From contig JBGSJJ010000010.1 in assembly GCA_041742075.1 (NCBI GenBank), forward strand, positions 165 to 64,164: a stretch of 64,000 bases of DNA. The letters run 5' to 3'. Of this stretch, positions 28,236-39,000 are shown one piece after another. Position 1 is the stretch's first letter. Each line of letters begins with the position of its first letter. The translations under genes and the position numbers were made by a program. The notes beneath the pieces are model-generated. The model had not been told where the DNA came from, did not search any database, and saw only the letters and a list, made by a program, of their open reading frames with translations. This DNA is from Minisyncoccia bacterium. Its GTDB lineage: Bacteria > Patescibacteriota > Minisyncoccia > Phycocordibacterales > UBA918.

Positions 28236-29072
28236 TTAGAGTCTATAGAGTTTTTGGGCATTCAGTCGAAGTTCCGTGGCAACTTCCTCCAGCGGAAGTT
28301 TTTTAATGGAGGCTATCTTTTTTACCACCTCCATGACGTGCCATGGCTCAGCGCGAGTCCCCCGGTATGGTACTGGGGCCACGTACGGACAATCAGTCTC
28401 GGCGTGCATCAGGTCAAGCGGGATAGCCTTCACTAACTCTTCATACATCTTCGCAAAGGTAATCACGCCGGTAAAAGATACGGTACAGCCAATATCGAAA
28501 AATTTCTTCGCTTGCTCGTATGTACCGGCGTAAAAGTGAATATTGGCTGGAACTTTCGCATTAGCTTTTAAAACGGTATACACATCATCATACGCATCCA
28601 CCCCCGCTACTACTTCTTTGGCATTGCGGGTATGAATCATGAGGGGTAGCCCAAGCTCATTGGCAAGTTCAATTTGCGCAACAAACGCCATTTCTTGAAT
28701 GTCTCTTGTCGAGGCATCATGATGAAAGTAATCAAAACCGCACTCACCAATCCCAATTACTTTTTTACTAGTGGCTAGTTGGCGGTAGAAATCCGGGTTA
28801 AATACTTCACCGCGCGAGGTAAAAGGTTGTGCGCCCTCGCCTACTTCGTCCTCATCATGGATACCGGGTGCGGTTTGGATTGGGTGTAAGCCAACAATCG
28901 CATACATGTTTGCGTGGGTTTCAGCTATTTCTACCGCTCGCTTGCTCGTCGATTCTTTCGTGCCGACATTAGTGACCGCGACACTTTCTTCCGCACAACG
29001 ACTCACAACAGAAGCCAGGTCGTCATTGAAGGCTTGGAGGTTTAAATGCGCATGAGTATCAATCCATTTCAT
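28236..29072 (-). CDS. tatD: TatD-family metal-dependent DNase/hydrolase
   Basis: IDTHAHL, GECGFDYFHH, PLMIHTRNA, HFYAGT and AETDCPYVAPVPYRG. Start at MKWIDTHAHL; the upstream Met codons fall inside a palindrome. Confidence 0.85.
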   Translation of the reverse strand: MKWIDTHAHLNLQAFNDDLASVVSRCAEESVAVTNVGTKESTSKRAVEIAETHANMYAIVGLHPIQTAPGIHDEDEVGEGAQPFTSRGEVFNPDFYRQLATSKKVIGIGECGFDYFHHDASTRDIQEMAFVAQIELANELGLPLMIHTRNAKEVVAGVDAYDDVYTVLKANAKVPANIHFYAGTYEQAKKFFDIGCTVSFTGVITFAKMYEELVKAIPLDLMHAETDCPYVAPVPYRGTRAEPWHVMEVVKKIASIKKLPLEEVATELRLNAQKLYRL

Positions 29073-29088
29073 GAACATATAGTACCAC

Positions 29089-29116
29089 ATCAAACCTTTC
29101 ATTCGAATGAAAGGTT
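29089..29116. repeat. Perfect palindrome caaacctttcattcgaatgaaaggtttg (copy 1)
   Basis: The 24-nt core aacctttcattcgaatgaaaggtt recurs identically at 29541-29568. Confidence 0.8.
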
Positions 29117-29131
29117 TGATATTGTTTTAAT

Positions 29132-29539
29132 ATGGTTCGTCTCAACAAAAATTTATTATCTACAAATCAACTTGAGGAATTATTTATACAGTTCACACAT
29201 GTTGCGCACACTAAGTCAGCTCTAGAAACTGGTTTGATTTTACAAGAAGTCCTAGGAAAAGAAGAGCGTGTCATGGTTGCAAAGCGTATTGCGATAATAG
29301 TCCTCATTGCTGAAGGAAGATCTCTCTACAATATTGCGAATGTTCTCAAAGTCAGTCCAGCTACAGCTGAAAAAATCAAAAAGAATTTAGATTCTGGAAG
29401 TTATGATTCTATTCTAAAGAAATTAGGTAAATCTAAAAAAAGCTACTTCGAAATACTAAACACCATTGACTCCATTCTTCATCTTGGGGGAATACTACCT
29501 CACTACAATGGTCTAGAACGCTACAAAGGAGTCCGCTAA
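29132..29539 (+). CDS. TrpR/YerC-like helix-turn-helix protein (135 aa)
   Basis: RIAIIVLIAEGRSLYNIANVLKVSPATAEKIKKNL HTH. Lower GC than the neighbours. Confidence 0.55.
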   Translation: MVRLNKNLLSTNQLEELFIQFTHVAHTKSALETGLILQEVLGKEERVMVAKRIAIIVLIAEGRSLYNIANVLKVSPATAEKIKKNLDSGSYDSILKKLGKSKKSYFEILNTIDSILHLGGILPHYNGLERYKGVR

Positions 29540-29540
29540 A

Positions 29541-29568
29541 ACCTTTCATTCGAATGAAAGGTTTTGGT
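29541..29568. repeat. Perfect palindrome aaacctttcattcgaatgaaaggttt (copy 2)
   Basis: Identical core to 29089-29116; lies immediately after the stop of the HTH gene. Confidence 0.8.
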
Positions 29569-29614
29569 TATGATTTTGCATTGATTTTTTATCATGTGCT
29601 TATTATAAAAATTG

Positions 29615-29640
29615 GTCGACGCTAAAGCGTCGACCGTTGC
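29615..29640 (-). terminator. Hairpin ggtcgacgc-taaa-gcgtcgacc with a minus-strand T-run
   Basis: 9-bp stem. The plus strand has ataaaaatt upstream. Confidence 0.55.
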
Positions 29641-29655
29641 TCCTTAAATAATATG

Positions 29656-30084
29656 TTATACAAAATGAACGACGATGCCTTCACTGCAAAGACGAGTATA
29701 AAAATCATCAAGTTGCGTAAAGGGGCTGAATTGGTGCCAATCTTCAACTTCGATAATCCCCTCGGCACTTGTATCCTCTTCCGGACACCACTCATACTCT
29801 AAGTCGAGCGCAGCGTGAAGTGGGACGAAGACTTCTTTTACAAAAGTTTTTTTTAAGATACTGATTGCTTGTTCATCCGTATCAAATTCGTCTCGGGCGC
29901 AAAACCCCGAAAGAGGCAGGTCATCTACCCCGCGGATTGTGTGCCGTTTACTATCTTCAATGAAGTAAATCAAACACCAATCCCGCGTGTGTCCGTGTAA
30001 GGACTCGGTGAACTTCACGATCACAATTTTGCCTTCAAGATCAGGTTCGTCTGACATTTCAAGACCTCTTCCCCAGATGCACAA
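29656..30084 (-). CDS. Hypothetical acidic protein (likely start MSDEPDLEG)
   Basis: ORF only. Confidence 0.4.
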   Translation of the reverse strand: MCIWGRGLEMSDEPDLEGKIVIVKFTESLHGHTRDWCLIYFIEDSKRHTIRGVDDLPLSGFCARDEFDTDEQAISILKKTFVKEVFVPLHAALDLEYEWCPEEDTSAEGIIEVEDWHQFSPFTQLDDFYTRLCSEGIVVHFV

Positions 30085-30119
30085 ACTACATCTATCCTAC
30101 AACAAACACGCCGAGAAAA

Positions 30120-31559
30120 CTAGTCTAGGCGACCAAAGAGATTTTCCGGTTTTTTATTGGTACGAACAGCTTCTTTGATGATTGTGCTTGTGTCAGGCAT
30201 AAGTGGGCTAAGATGACGTCCAATCAGATACAGATCGCGCACTAATGCCCGTATCAGTTCTTTGGCTTTTTCAGGTTCCGTCTTAATCAGTTTAAATGGT
30301 TCAGTGGTGGCAATCTGTTCATCAAGCTCACCAACCTTTTTCCACACACTGTCGCACGCCGTTTGTAGGTTATACGAATCAAAGGCTTCAGAAAAGTCAG
30401 TCTCGAACTGCCCTGATTCTGAACATTCGATGGGTGTTTCAAGATGCGTCTCGGCCATCTTCATAATACGCGCAACAAGGTTACCTAAGCCATTTACTAA
30501 GTTAGCTGTATACCACTCATCCATCCGCTCCCAGGTTAGGTCGGTATCCTCAAAGGGGTGTACGTGTCGTAAAAGAATATAACGCGTAGCGTCAGTGCCG
30601 TAACGAGCAATCAGTTCGTACGGAGAAATAACGTTGCCCAGGGACTTGCTCATCTTCTGTCCACCCGAGTTTATAAAACCATGATAATTCACCTGCTTGG
30701 TAGCTAGGACATCAGCACTTTTGAGCATCGCCTGCCACATAATAGACTGAAAACGTACTTGGTCTTTTCCACCCAGCTGAAGGGTGTGTCCATCAACCCA
30801 AAATTTCTTAAAGGTACCCTGTACATCCTCTGGCCAACCGAGGGTACTAATGTAGTTTGTAAGCGCATCAAACCATACGTACATCACTTGATTGACATCC
30901 CCTGGCACTGGCACTCCCCAATTGAGGCGTGTGCGTTCACGCGAAATACTAAAGTCTTCAAGTCCATTTTTAACAAACTCCAGTGCCCAGGTTCGTTGCC
31001 AGGCAGGTAAGATAACTGACTCATCGCTCAAGTATTCCTCAAGATAGCTTTGGTACTTAGAAAGAGCGAAGAAATAATTCTCTTCCTCTATCACTTGCGG
31101 CTCCATAGTTGGGTGGTTCGGACAACGACCTGCAACTAAATCACTATCGCGGAGAAACATCTCATCCCCCACACAATAGAGCCCCTTATAGGATTTTTTA
31201 TAGATGTCTCCTTTATCCAAACATTTCTGCCAAATAGCTTGCGCGGCCTTTTTGTGGTCAGCGTCAGTTGTTCTGATAAACCGGTCATAAGAAAGGTTGA
31301 GTCCGTCTTGTAACTTTCCAAACTCAGACGCAAAGTGATCAACATACGCTTGTCGATCCTGTCCAGCCTCGTCAGCCTTACCAGCTATCTTCTGACCATG
31401 CTCATCGGTACCGGTGTTGAAAAATACCTCATGACCAATGAGACGCCAGTAGCGAGCCAGTGCGTCTGCTACTACCACCTCATAGGCAAAACCAACATGC
31501 GGGTCAGCGTTGACGTATGGCAGAGTGGTAGTGATATAGCGGGATTGTTTATTGATCAT
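30120..31559 (-). CDS. metG: Methionine--tRNA ligase
   Basis: PYVNADPHVGF (HIGH-type) and KMSKSLGNV. Start at MINKQSRY. Confidence 0.9.
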   Translation of the reverse strand: MINKQSRYITTTLPYVNADPHVGFAYEVVVADALARYWRLIGHEVFFNTGTDEHGQKIAGKADEAGQDRQAYVDHFASEFGKLQDGLNLSYDRFIRTTDADHKKAAQAIWQKCLDKGDIYKKSYKGLYCVGDEMFLRDSDLVAGRCPNHPTMEPQVIEEENYFFALSKYQSYLEEYLSDESVILPAWQRTWALEFVKNGLEDFSISRERTRLNWGVPVPGDVNQVMYVWFDALTNYISTLGWPEDVQGTFKKFWVDGHTLQLGGKDQVRFQSIMWQAMLKSADVLATKQVNYHGFINSGGQKMSKSLGNVISPYELIARYGTDATRYILLRHVHPFEDTDLTWERMDEWYTANLVNGLGNLVARIMKMAETHLETPIECSESGQFETDFSEAFDSYNLQTACDSVWKKVGELDEQIATTEPFKLIKTEPEKAKELIRALVRDLYLIGRHLSPLMPDTSTIIKEAVRTNKKPENLFGRLD

Positions 31560-31721
31560 AATTTGATTTAAGCACATTGTACTATAGCAATAACACCGCC
31601 TTAGAGACAGGGCGAATTGCGAGACAGCTTCAATATAGCCCCAGCGCTCTTTATTTCATTCAACTCTAGCATATTTTTGCGTGGGTGGTATCGTAAATGA
31701 TGAAGGAGAAAGGAGGAGTTC

Positions 31722-32066
31722 ATGTCAAGAAAAGAGGTGTTGGAACAAGTACACAATTCAAGCATAGCCGAAGACGGCCTCGGTGTCGGCAGTATGATAA
31801 CCAAAATGAAGAAATATGGGCGTCTGATTGCAGTGCCACTTATCCTTCATAAAGGGCTTTATGCAGCCAATATCTGTCTCATTGAACACACCGACTTGGC
31901 GGGATGGTACAAGGTTCGCCTACTCAGCTTAGAAGAGTTCGATATGCTTCTTCGTACCGAGCGGATTAAAGAATCGTATACCAATGCACATTTACTGACA
32001 GAAGTTGCCCTCCTAAAAGGTTATTACAAGGTATTTCAAGCAGTACGGTTGGAAGCGAGCCACTAA
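31722..32066 (+). CDS. Hypothetical protein (114 aa) with a strong SD (aaggagaaaggagg)
   Basis: SD and terminator present; no recognised domain. Confidence 0.5.
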   Translation: MSRKEVLEQVHNSSIAEDGLGVGSMITKMKKYGRLIAVPLILHKGLYAANICLIEHTDLAGWYKVRLLSLEEFDMLLRTERIKESYTNAHLLTEVALLKGYYKVFQAVRLEASH

Positions 32067-32086
32067 GTTTGGCTCGCTTTTTATTA
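32054..32086 (+). terminator. Hairpin agcgagcca-ctaagtt-tggctcgct followed by ttttat
   Basis: 9-bp stem spanning the stop codon. Confidence 0.6.
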
Positions 32087-33466
32087 TTTTAGCAAAATGG
32101 CCAAGGTGTCGATACGGACTCGTTCCTGAGTACCTGTATCACGGTGTCGGACCGTGACCGTATCAAGGAGTGCTGGATTTTCACCGAGCGTATCAAAGTC
32201 AATGACGATGCAGTACGGGGTACCAATTTCGTCTTGACGACGGTAGCGCTTACCAATGTTGCCGTTGTCGTCGAAGGCTACATTTCCAAACTCTTTCTTG
32301 AGTAGCGAAAATACCTCGCGCGCTTTGGCTACCAGCTCTGGTTTATTCTTGAGAAGTGGTGAGACACACACCCGGTACGGAGCGAGGTGGACAGGCAACT
32401 TCAAGTAGGTACGTACTTCCCCGCCCATTTCGTCTTCGGTGTACGCTTCGCAGAGAACTGCCGTCAGCGCTCGTCCAACGCCAAACGAAGGTTCGAGCAC
32501 ATGTGGAATGAAGCGAGTGCCATCTGATTCTATATACTCTAAGCTCACTCCACTGGCTTCCTGATGACTCTTGAGGTCATGGTCAGTGCGGTACGCAAAA
32601 CCGGCAAGCTCATCGAAACCCTTGCCCGGATAATTGTACTCAAAGTCTATTGTCCGCTTACTGTAGTGGGCAAGATCATTTTCTGGTACCTCGTATTCTT
32701 TGACGTTTTGTCGAGCTAAACCAAGGTGGTCAAACCAAGTCCACATGTCTTTTCGGAGTGACTCAAAATACGTTTCCCAATCTTCTTCTTTAACAAAGTA
32801 CTCAATTTCCATTTGTTCAAACTCTCGCACTCGAAACAGAAACTCTCTTGGCGCTATTTCATTTCGAAACGCCTTACCAATCTGAGCTATGCCAAATGGC
32901 ATTTTTGGGCTCATGGAATCGACAACATTTTTGAAGTTCACAAAAATACCCTGTGCTGTCTCAGGTCGAAGGTACACTTTTCCATCAGGACCCGAAGTGG
33001 CACCAATAGTTGTCTCAAACATCATATTGAACTGCCGAGCCTTACTTAAAGGATTACCTTTCGGACTCTTAATACCATTTTCAGAAATGAGCGTGTCGAT
33101 TGCTTCCGGCGTAAGACCTTCAGCCGATATTCCAGCGTCTTTAAGAAGATGGTCGGCTCGAAAGCGTTCACCGGTTTCCGTATCTTCAACGAGTGGGTCA
33201 CAAAAACCAGCGCCAGTATGGCCAGAGGCTTCCCATACTTTTGCGTTCATTAAAATGGCGGCATTGAGGCCATACATGTCTTCCCTGTCGCTCACAAACA
33301 TTTTCCACCACTCACTCTTTATTTTGTCATTGAGGGCCGTACCAAGTGGACCTAAGTCCCAGGTACCTTTAAGGCCACCATATATATCACTACCTTGAAA
33401 CACAAAACCACGTCGCTTACACAGCGATACTACTTTCTCCATCACGTCAGGATTTTTTTCTGTCAT
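32084..33466 (-). CDS. glyQS: Glycine--tRNA ligase (alpha2 dimeric type)
   Basis: MEKVVSLCKRRGFVFQGSDIYGGLKGTWDLGPLG N-terminal signature and class II motifs. Confidence 0.9.
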   Translation of the reverse strand: MTEKNPDVMEKVVSLCKRRGFVFQGSDIYGGLKGTWDLGPLGTALNDKIKSEWWKMFVSDREDMYGLNAAILMNAKVWEASGHTGAGFCDPLVEDTETGERFRADHLLKDAGISAEGLTPEAIDTLISENGIKSPKGNPLSKARQFNMMFETTIGATSGPDGKVYLRPETAQGIFVNFKNVVDSMSPKMPFGIAQIGKAFRNEIAPREFLFRVREFEQMEIEYFVKEEDWETYFESLRKDMWTWFDHLGLARQNVKEYEVPENDLAHYSKRTIDFEYNYPGKGFDELAGFAYRTDHDLKSHQEASGVSLEYIESDGTRFIPHVLEPSFGVGRALTAVLCEAYTEDEMGGEVRTYLKLPVHLAPYRVCVSPLLKNKPELVAKAREVFSLLKKEFGNVAFDDNGNIGKRYRRQDEIGTPYCIVIDFDTLGENPALLDTVTVRHRDTGTQERVRIDTLAILLK

Positions 33467-33477
33467 ACAATCGTGAA

Positions 33478-35508
33478 TTATTCTTCAGCAACCACTTCTC
33501 CATTTTTTTCACCGAACCCAGCTTCAGCCGAAAGCGTCGTTGTGCGCTCACTAGCTACCGCCTGGACTGGCTTACCAGTAAACACATCAGTAGCTTGCAG
33601 GGTCTGGCGACTAAACAATACTGGTGTTGTACCAATTTGTGACACGCTTGGCAATATCGATACCTGGAAAGTAGCAGTTGCGTCTGTGTTGGCGCCAACT
33701 TCTCCCGGGGTCCAGGTTACTTGCTTGTTGGTTTGATTATATTCAAACTTACCATCACCAGAGGTTTTGTTTAGCCAGTTTACGTAAATTGGCAAATTCC
33801 CTATCACTCTCGTGGCGCGGATGTCATTTGTTTCATTATCAATACGGAGGGCAATGGTATACGTGGTCGTCTCGCCAACTTGTGGTGGTACCGGTCCAGT
33901 ATCTACCAAACCTTGTGTCTTTCGTTCAACGGCAGACACTAGACTCGTGACTCCGCCTACTCGAGCTGTTCGCTCTACGCTACCGAGTAGTTCTTCTGCC
34001 ACATTTGCTTCAGATACTCTTCTGGCAAAGACGTCAACTTTCACGTCAACAAAAGGATTTTTGAGAATGGCCGAATTGGGAAGAATATCGAACGAGAGAG
34101 TGATGTCATCACCCGGCTTTATTTCGGAAAATCGATTCATGTTCGCGACGTCCCATACCATGCGGTCAGCTTGTGACTCAAAGAAACCACTACCTCGTAT
34201 ACCTGAGTCTAAAAATGCATTACCTGAGAAGGTTGCAACCGCCCGCATGTCGTAGACTGAATCAGTAAGCGTGTTCCTTACATTTATTTTTCCAGAGACA
34301 TCAAGATCTCGACTAACACTAACTGTCCGGTCAGGCGATGAATTGAGTCTAACGTCGATGTCGATAAACGACGGCTCGATAGCAAACTCAGTGGCAGCGT
34401 TTGCAAACACTGAAGCGAAGGTATTTTTATCTCGATCATTTGGGATTCCAGCACTAAAGTTCATCACGTAGGTGTCATTATCTTGGCCGTCAATAACTCC
34501 GGTAATCGTAATGGTGTGACTAGAGCCTGGTTCAACGTTAGGAATCATCCAGGTATTGTTTCCGTCACTTGTTTCTGGAGTAGACCGCTTAAACTGAAAA
34601 CCAACTGGATATTCGGCTTTTACCAACACCTCGGAAACAGGTGACAAAGAGTTAGAGACCACGGTTAACGTGAGGCTTGTTTCTTGGCCTGAGGAAATAC
34701 TCTTCACTCCATCTACTTTAAAGGAAATCGGGGCAGAACTAATTCTAAAGGACTGCGGGTCAGCTTCTTTAAAGAAGCGCGCACCTGAACCTTGTACTTG
34801 GTACTCAATCGAAGCTTTGATTATTTTCTCCTCATTCTCTTCACCAAAGACAGCAATTTTAAGGGGCATATTGAGTGTCTCACCTGCCTTAATGGTTTCA
34901 AGCGGAATTCGTTCGGTAAACAGGTCACGCTTTTCATCGTCAGCTGACTTCGTACCGAGTGGGTATTCGATAATCAAGGTGGCTGACTCCATCGGGACAC
35001 TGTTGTCGTTCCGGACACCAACCTGAATCGGGAGTTCTTCACCACCACCAATCGTAAACGGAATGGTGAGGACAAGTGAAATGTTGTCACCAGAGATGCT
35101 GTTTCTTCCAAACACCAAAAAGAAACTCGACACGACCATAGCTAAGCCAAAAAATGCTACTCCGAGGAGCGCCAACTTCAATCGATAACCTCTTTTTTTT
35201 GGACCTTTCATAGAAAGCGTAGCTAGTGAAGGAGCATAGGTTTCAGGAACAATCTCAGCAATCGGAATTTCGTTGGCTGACTCTGATTCAGGAACAACAT
35301 GCCAGTCTGTCGGGACAGATTTATTTTCTTCTTGCTTTAGCTCGTGGTGCACATTACCGATACCAGAAGTACCACGTTGGTACAAACGATTGCGAAGCGC
35401 TTCTATGTTGTCAGAGTCTTTTATGCCACTCATACCACTATGGATTAAGTATACCTTATAAATGACTGGCCTCAGAAGCCGTCGCAGTGAGTTTAGTAAT
35501 GAGCGCAA
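33478..35508 (-). CDS. Large membrane-anchored surface protein with repeated beta-rich domains (start probably near 35433)
   Basis: N-terminal TM helix (LALLGVAFFGLAMVVSSFFLVF) and a long Thr/Ser/Val-rich ectodomain. The annotated 5' end overlaps recO. Confidence 0.55.
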   Translation of the reverse strand: MRSLLNSLRRLLRPVIYKVYLIHSGMSGIKDSDNIEALRNRLYQRGTSGIGNVHHELKQEENKSVPTDWHVVPESESANEIPIAEIVPETYAPSLATLSMKGPKKRGYRLKLALLGVAFFGLAMVVSSFFLVFGRNSISGDNISLVLTIPFTIGGGEELPIQVGVRNDNSVPMESATLIIEYPLGTKSADDEKRDLFTERIPLETIKAGETLNMPLKIAVFGEENEEKIIKASIEYQVQGSGARFFKEADPQSFRISSAPISFKVDGVKSISSGQETSLTLTVVSNSLSPVSEVLVKAEYPVGFQFKRSTPETSDGNNTWMIPNVEPGSSHTITITGVIDGQDNDTYVMNFSAGIPNDRDKNTFASVFANAATEFAIEPSFIDIDVRLNSSPDRTVSVSRDLDVSGKINVRNTLTDSVYDMRAVATFSGNAFLDSGIRGSGFFESQADRMVWDVANMNRFSEIKPGDDITLSFDILPNSAILKNPFVDVKVDVFARRVSEANVAEELLGSVERTARVGGVTSLVSAVERKTQGLVDTGPVPPQVGETTTYTIALRIDNETNDIRATRVIGNLPIYVNWLNKTSGDGKFEYNQTNKQVTWTPGEVGANTDATATFQVSILPSVSQIGTTPVLFSRQTLQATDVFTGKPVQAVASERTTTLSAEAGFGEKNGEVVAEE

Positions 35509-36040
35509 GGTCTTTTACTGAGGCATATTCATAGGCTTCTTTTATGGTGTTAGCTTGAATAATAGCCTGGAGCAATTCATGTTCTGCAATATAGCCCAAT
35601 TCCATTAAGGCGCGAAAATCTAAAAGGGTGGTAACGGTACGAGCATCAACGTCTGGTTCAGCCAAAATGAGCGCACAGCATTCTTCTATATCTCGGTAGA
35701 GTCGAGGAAGAGCAGATTCTCCATGTACAAAGCGACGGAGCAATTTCACCACATGCACTACCGCTGTCCGACGTACTCTATCGGTACTGGCGAAAAATGG
35801 ATTCTGCATTGCTTCCACACTCCCCACCCGCCAACCGCTTTTTCCTTTTACGAGCGATACCCGTACAAAAGAAAAATCTTGCAGGGCATGTCTCTGCCTA
35901 CTGCGCTCTTCACGAACACTCCTAGCAGTTGCCCAGAGCATACCGGCTTCTTTCGTAAAAAGCAGAAACGACTTGTCGGAAGTGTTATTCGGACGACTGC
36001 CACACACGAGTGCTTCAGTTGTATAGATTGCGTATGACAT
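35456..36040 (-). CDS. recO: DNA repair protein RecO (short form)
   Basis: N-terminal OB-fold pattern (ALVCGSRPNNTSDKSFLLFTKEAGMLWATARSVRE...LQDFSFVRVSL). Low-identity call. Confidence 0.6.
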   Translation of the reverse strand: MSYAIYTTEALVCGSRPNNTSDKSFLLFTKEAGMLWATARSVREERSRQRHALQDFSFVRVSLVKGKSGWRVGSVEAMQNPFFASTDRVRRTAVVHVVKLLRRFVHGESALPRLYRDIEECCALILAEPDVDARTVTTLLDFRALMELGYIAEHELLQAIIQANTIKEAYEYASVKDLALITKLTATASEASHL

Positions 36041-36064
36041 GAGAATTACTTCCAGGCCTAGACG

Positions 36065-39000
36065 TTATTTTTTGGAGATGGCAATTGTAAATGAGTGTTC
36101 ACCCGCTAGGACTTCACTACCCGAGGTACTTTGAAACACCACATCGTCAGCACCAACTACTTTTTGGATTTCTGCTTTAAACTGGGTTATGAGTGATTCC
36201 CCACCTTCACTAGTTTGTACTGCCAGTACTATTCTGTCTTGTGGCTCCAGGCCAGCTGTCTTACGCGCCTCTTGAATAGCACGAATAAACTCACGAACAT
36301 CGCCTTCGTCTTTGAGCTCTGGGGTAATGGTCGTGTCTATTTCAACCATGTTGTGATCATCACCACGATAAGCAATTCCTTTTACATTGACCTCGCTCAT
36401 GATTATTTCTTCAAACAGTGGGTCAAACGGCGTCGCGACCGGTATCGTAATTTTAAGAAGTGGTTGCCTGACTTTTATGTTGGCTTTGGTACGAGCTTCA
36501 AGCGCACTTGAAACAGTAGTCCGCACTTCTTTCATGTGCATGAGGAGTTCAGAATCAATTAGACCGCCCTCTGGCCACGCCGAAAGGTGAACACTCTCTG
36601 CTTCATTCTCATCCTTTACTCTTTGCCAAAGGTACTCCGCATAAAACGGCATAGCCGGAGCCATCACGAGCGCAAGCTCTTTGAGCACAAAGCGAAGGGT
36701 GGCAAGAGCACGCGCTTTGTCTCCGGCGTCGTCAGACTTAACACGGTCGCGACTACGGCGCAGATACCAAACCGAGAGATCGTCGATGAAATCAGCAATT
36801 GGCCTGGTGGCTTTATCAAGTTCGTAATTTTGGTAACCAGCTGTAGACTCAGCGATGAGTTGGTAAAGGCGAGTGATAATCCACCTATCGAGTACGTTGT
36901 TCGAAGTAGCACTTGCTTTTGTGCCGTCCATGAACAACTCATACATAGCGAGCACGTTGTGCAGTCTACCGATATTTTTTCGTTGCAGTTCAAGGACTTC
37001 TTTCTCAGAAAAATTGAGGTCTTCACCGCGGATGATTGGTGAGGAGAGGAGGTAGTACCTCATGGCGTCAACCCCCACCCGGTCAGCAAGCTCCATCGGG
37101 TCGGGATAGTTCTTAAGTGACTTGCTCATTTTTTTGCCGTCTTCAGCTAACACCAACCCGTTGGTGATGACGTTCTTAAATGGTGCTCTGTCGAACAGAC
37201 CAACACCAAGCACCATCATGGAGTAGAACCAGCCGCGGGTTTGATCAACACTTTCTGAGATAAAGTTCGCGGGAAATCGAACTCCCTTAGCCGGGTTCGC
37301 TACTTCAAGATTTTCAAACGGATAGTGTGTCTCCGCGTACGGCATTGAGCCTGATTCAAACCAACAATCAAACACGTCGGGCACGCGTTCTAGCTTTGTG
37401 CCATCTGTATCGAAGAGTTCGATGTCGTCGATGTACGGTCGATGGTAATCGAGTTCAAAGTAATCATTATGAGGTACTGGCACAAACGGCAGTGGTCGCA
37501 CTTCAGCGTTTTTGAGGTAGCCGGCTTCTTTGAGCGCTACTGTCCGCACCATATCAGCACCCTCAGCCACACACTGCAGTCCGAAAACGGAGCTACCGTG
37601 ACCAATTAAGAGCGTGGTTTCGTTTTGGTGTGTAGCGTCATAGGTATAGAGAAAATCTCCCACGCGTTTTATTAGGTCACGGCGTAATTCCACACCGGGC
37701 AAGTGCTTAGTGAACTTCTCGGCCTCAGTCGCAAAGTTGGCGTTAAACTCAGCCCACGTCTTTCCTTCCCAAGTAGGGCCCACTTGAAACTCAATAATGC
37801 GCGCATCTTCAACAATCGCTTCAGCAGGCAAGCCGAGCTTACTCGCAACGAACTCCGCAGTCTCCCGACCTCGTTGTAATCCAGAATGGACAATTTTCGT
37901 TATTCCCTCATTTTTGAGTGTCTCTGCAATTGCTTCCGCCTGCTCCCGACCTTTTTCTGTCAAACCGTTTTCTGTACCTACTATCGAGTTTATCGCCCCA
38001 GTTAAGTTACTTTGTGCTTCGGCGTGTCGCGCGACGAAGTAGCGGTTATTTCGCTTTGGCAAATTCGCTTGTAACTCGGTCAATGAACCAAACACCTTAT
38101 ACTCACCAGTAGTTGGATTTTTCCAAATCGGAAGTGGTGCGCCCCAGTACCGTTGACGACTGACCGCCCAGTCACGTGCACCTTCAAGCCATTTTCCAAA
38201 ACGGTTACTGCCGACATGTTCGGGTACCCATGTCACTATATCGTTTTCTGCAACGAGTTTGTCTTTAAAGTCTGTTACGCGCACAAACCAAGAGGTAGTC
38301 GCGTAATTCAAAAGCGGTGTATCACAGCGCCAACAGTGAGGGTAGCTGTGTGTTATATTTTCCTTTTTGAATACTTTCCCGGCGTCTTGTAGTTTCTTCA
38401 AGACTTCAATGTCTGCATCAAGGTGCGAAACACCGGAGGACTCATCGTCCTTTGGCTTTACCAGACGGCAATTGAAGCCTTCGACAAATTCCAAAAAATG
38501 ACCGGAGTTATCGACGTGGTGCTTAATCGGCACATTGTTGGCCTGAGCCAGCTTCATGTCATCGTCACCATAGGCTGGCGCAATATGCACCGCTCCCGTT
38601 CCCTCAGAACCTAGCTCAACATAGTCTGCATGATAAATTTTCCAAGCATTTTCTTTACCTTCAAACTCCTGCTTTGTAAGGTACTCGAATGGTGGTTGAT
38701 AAGATTTGCCCACCAAATCGGCACCCATAATAGTTTCCAGTACCTCATGACTTTCATCACCTAAAAAAGCTAACCGCTCTTTGGCAATCACGAGCACCTC
38801 ATTTCCTACTTGGACTTTTACATACTCAAAATCATTATGGACGGCAGCCGCAAAGTTGCCTGGGAGTGTCCACGGTGTCGTTGTCCACACCAGCAGTGCG
38901 GTATTGGTAGCATTCCCTGACTCATCAAGCAGGGGTAGCTTTATCGTTACCGCTATATCCTTAATATCTTTGTACCCTTGGTTTACCTCAAAGTTTGACA

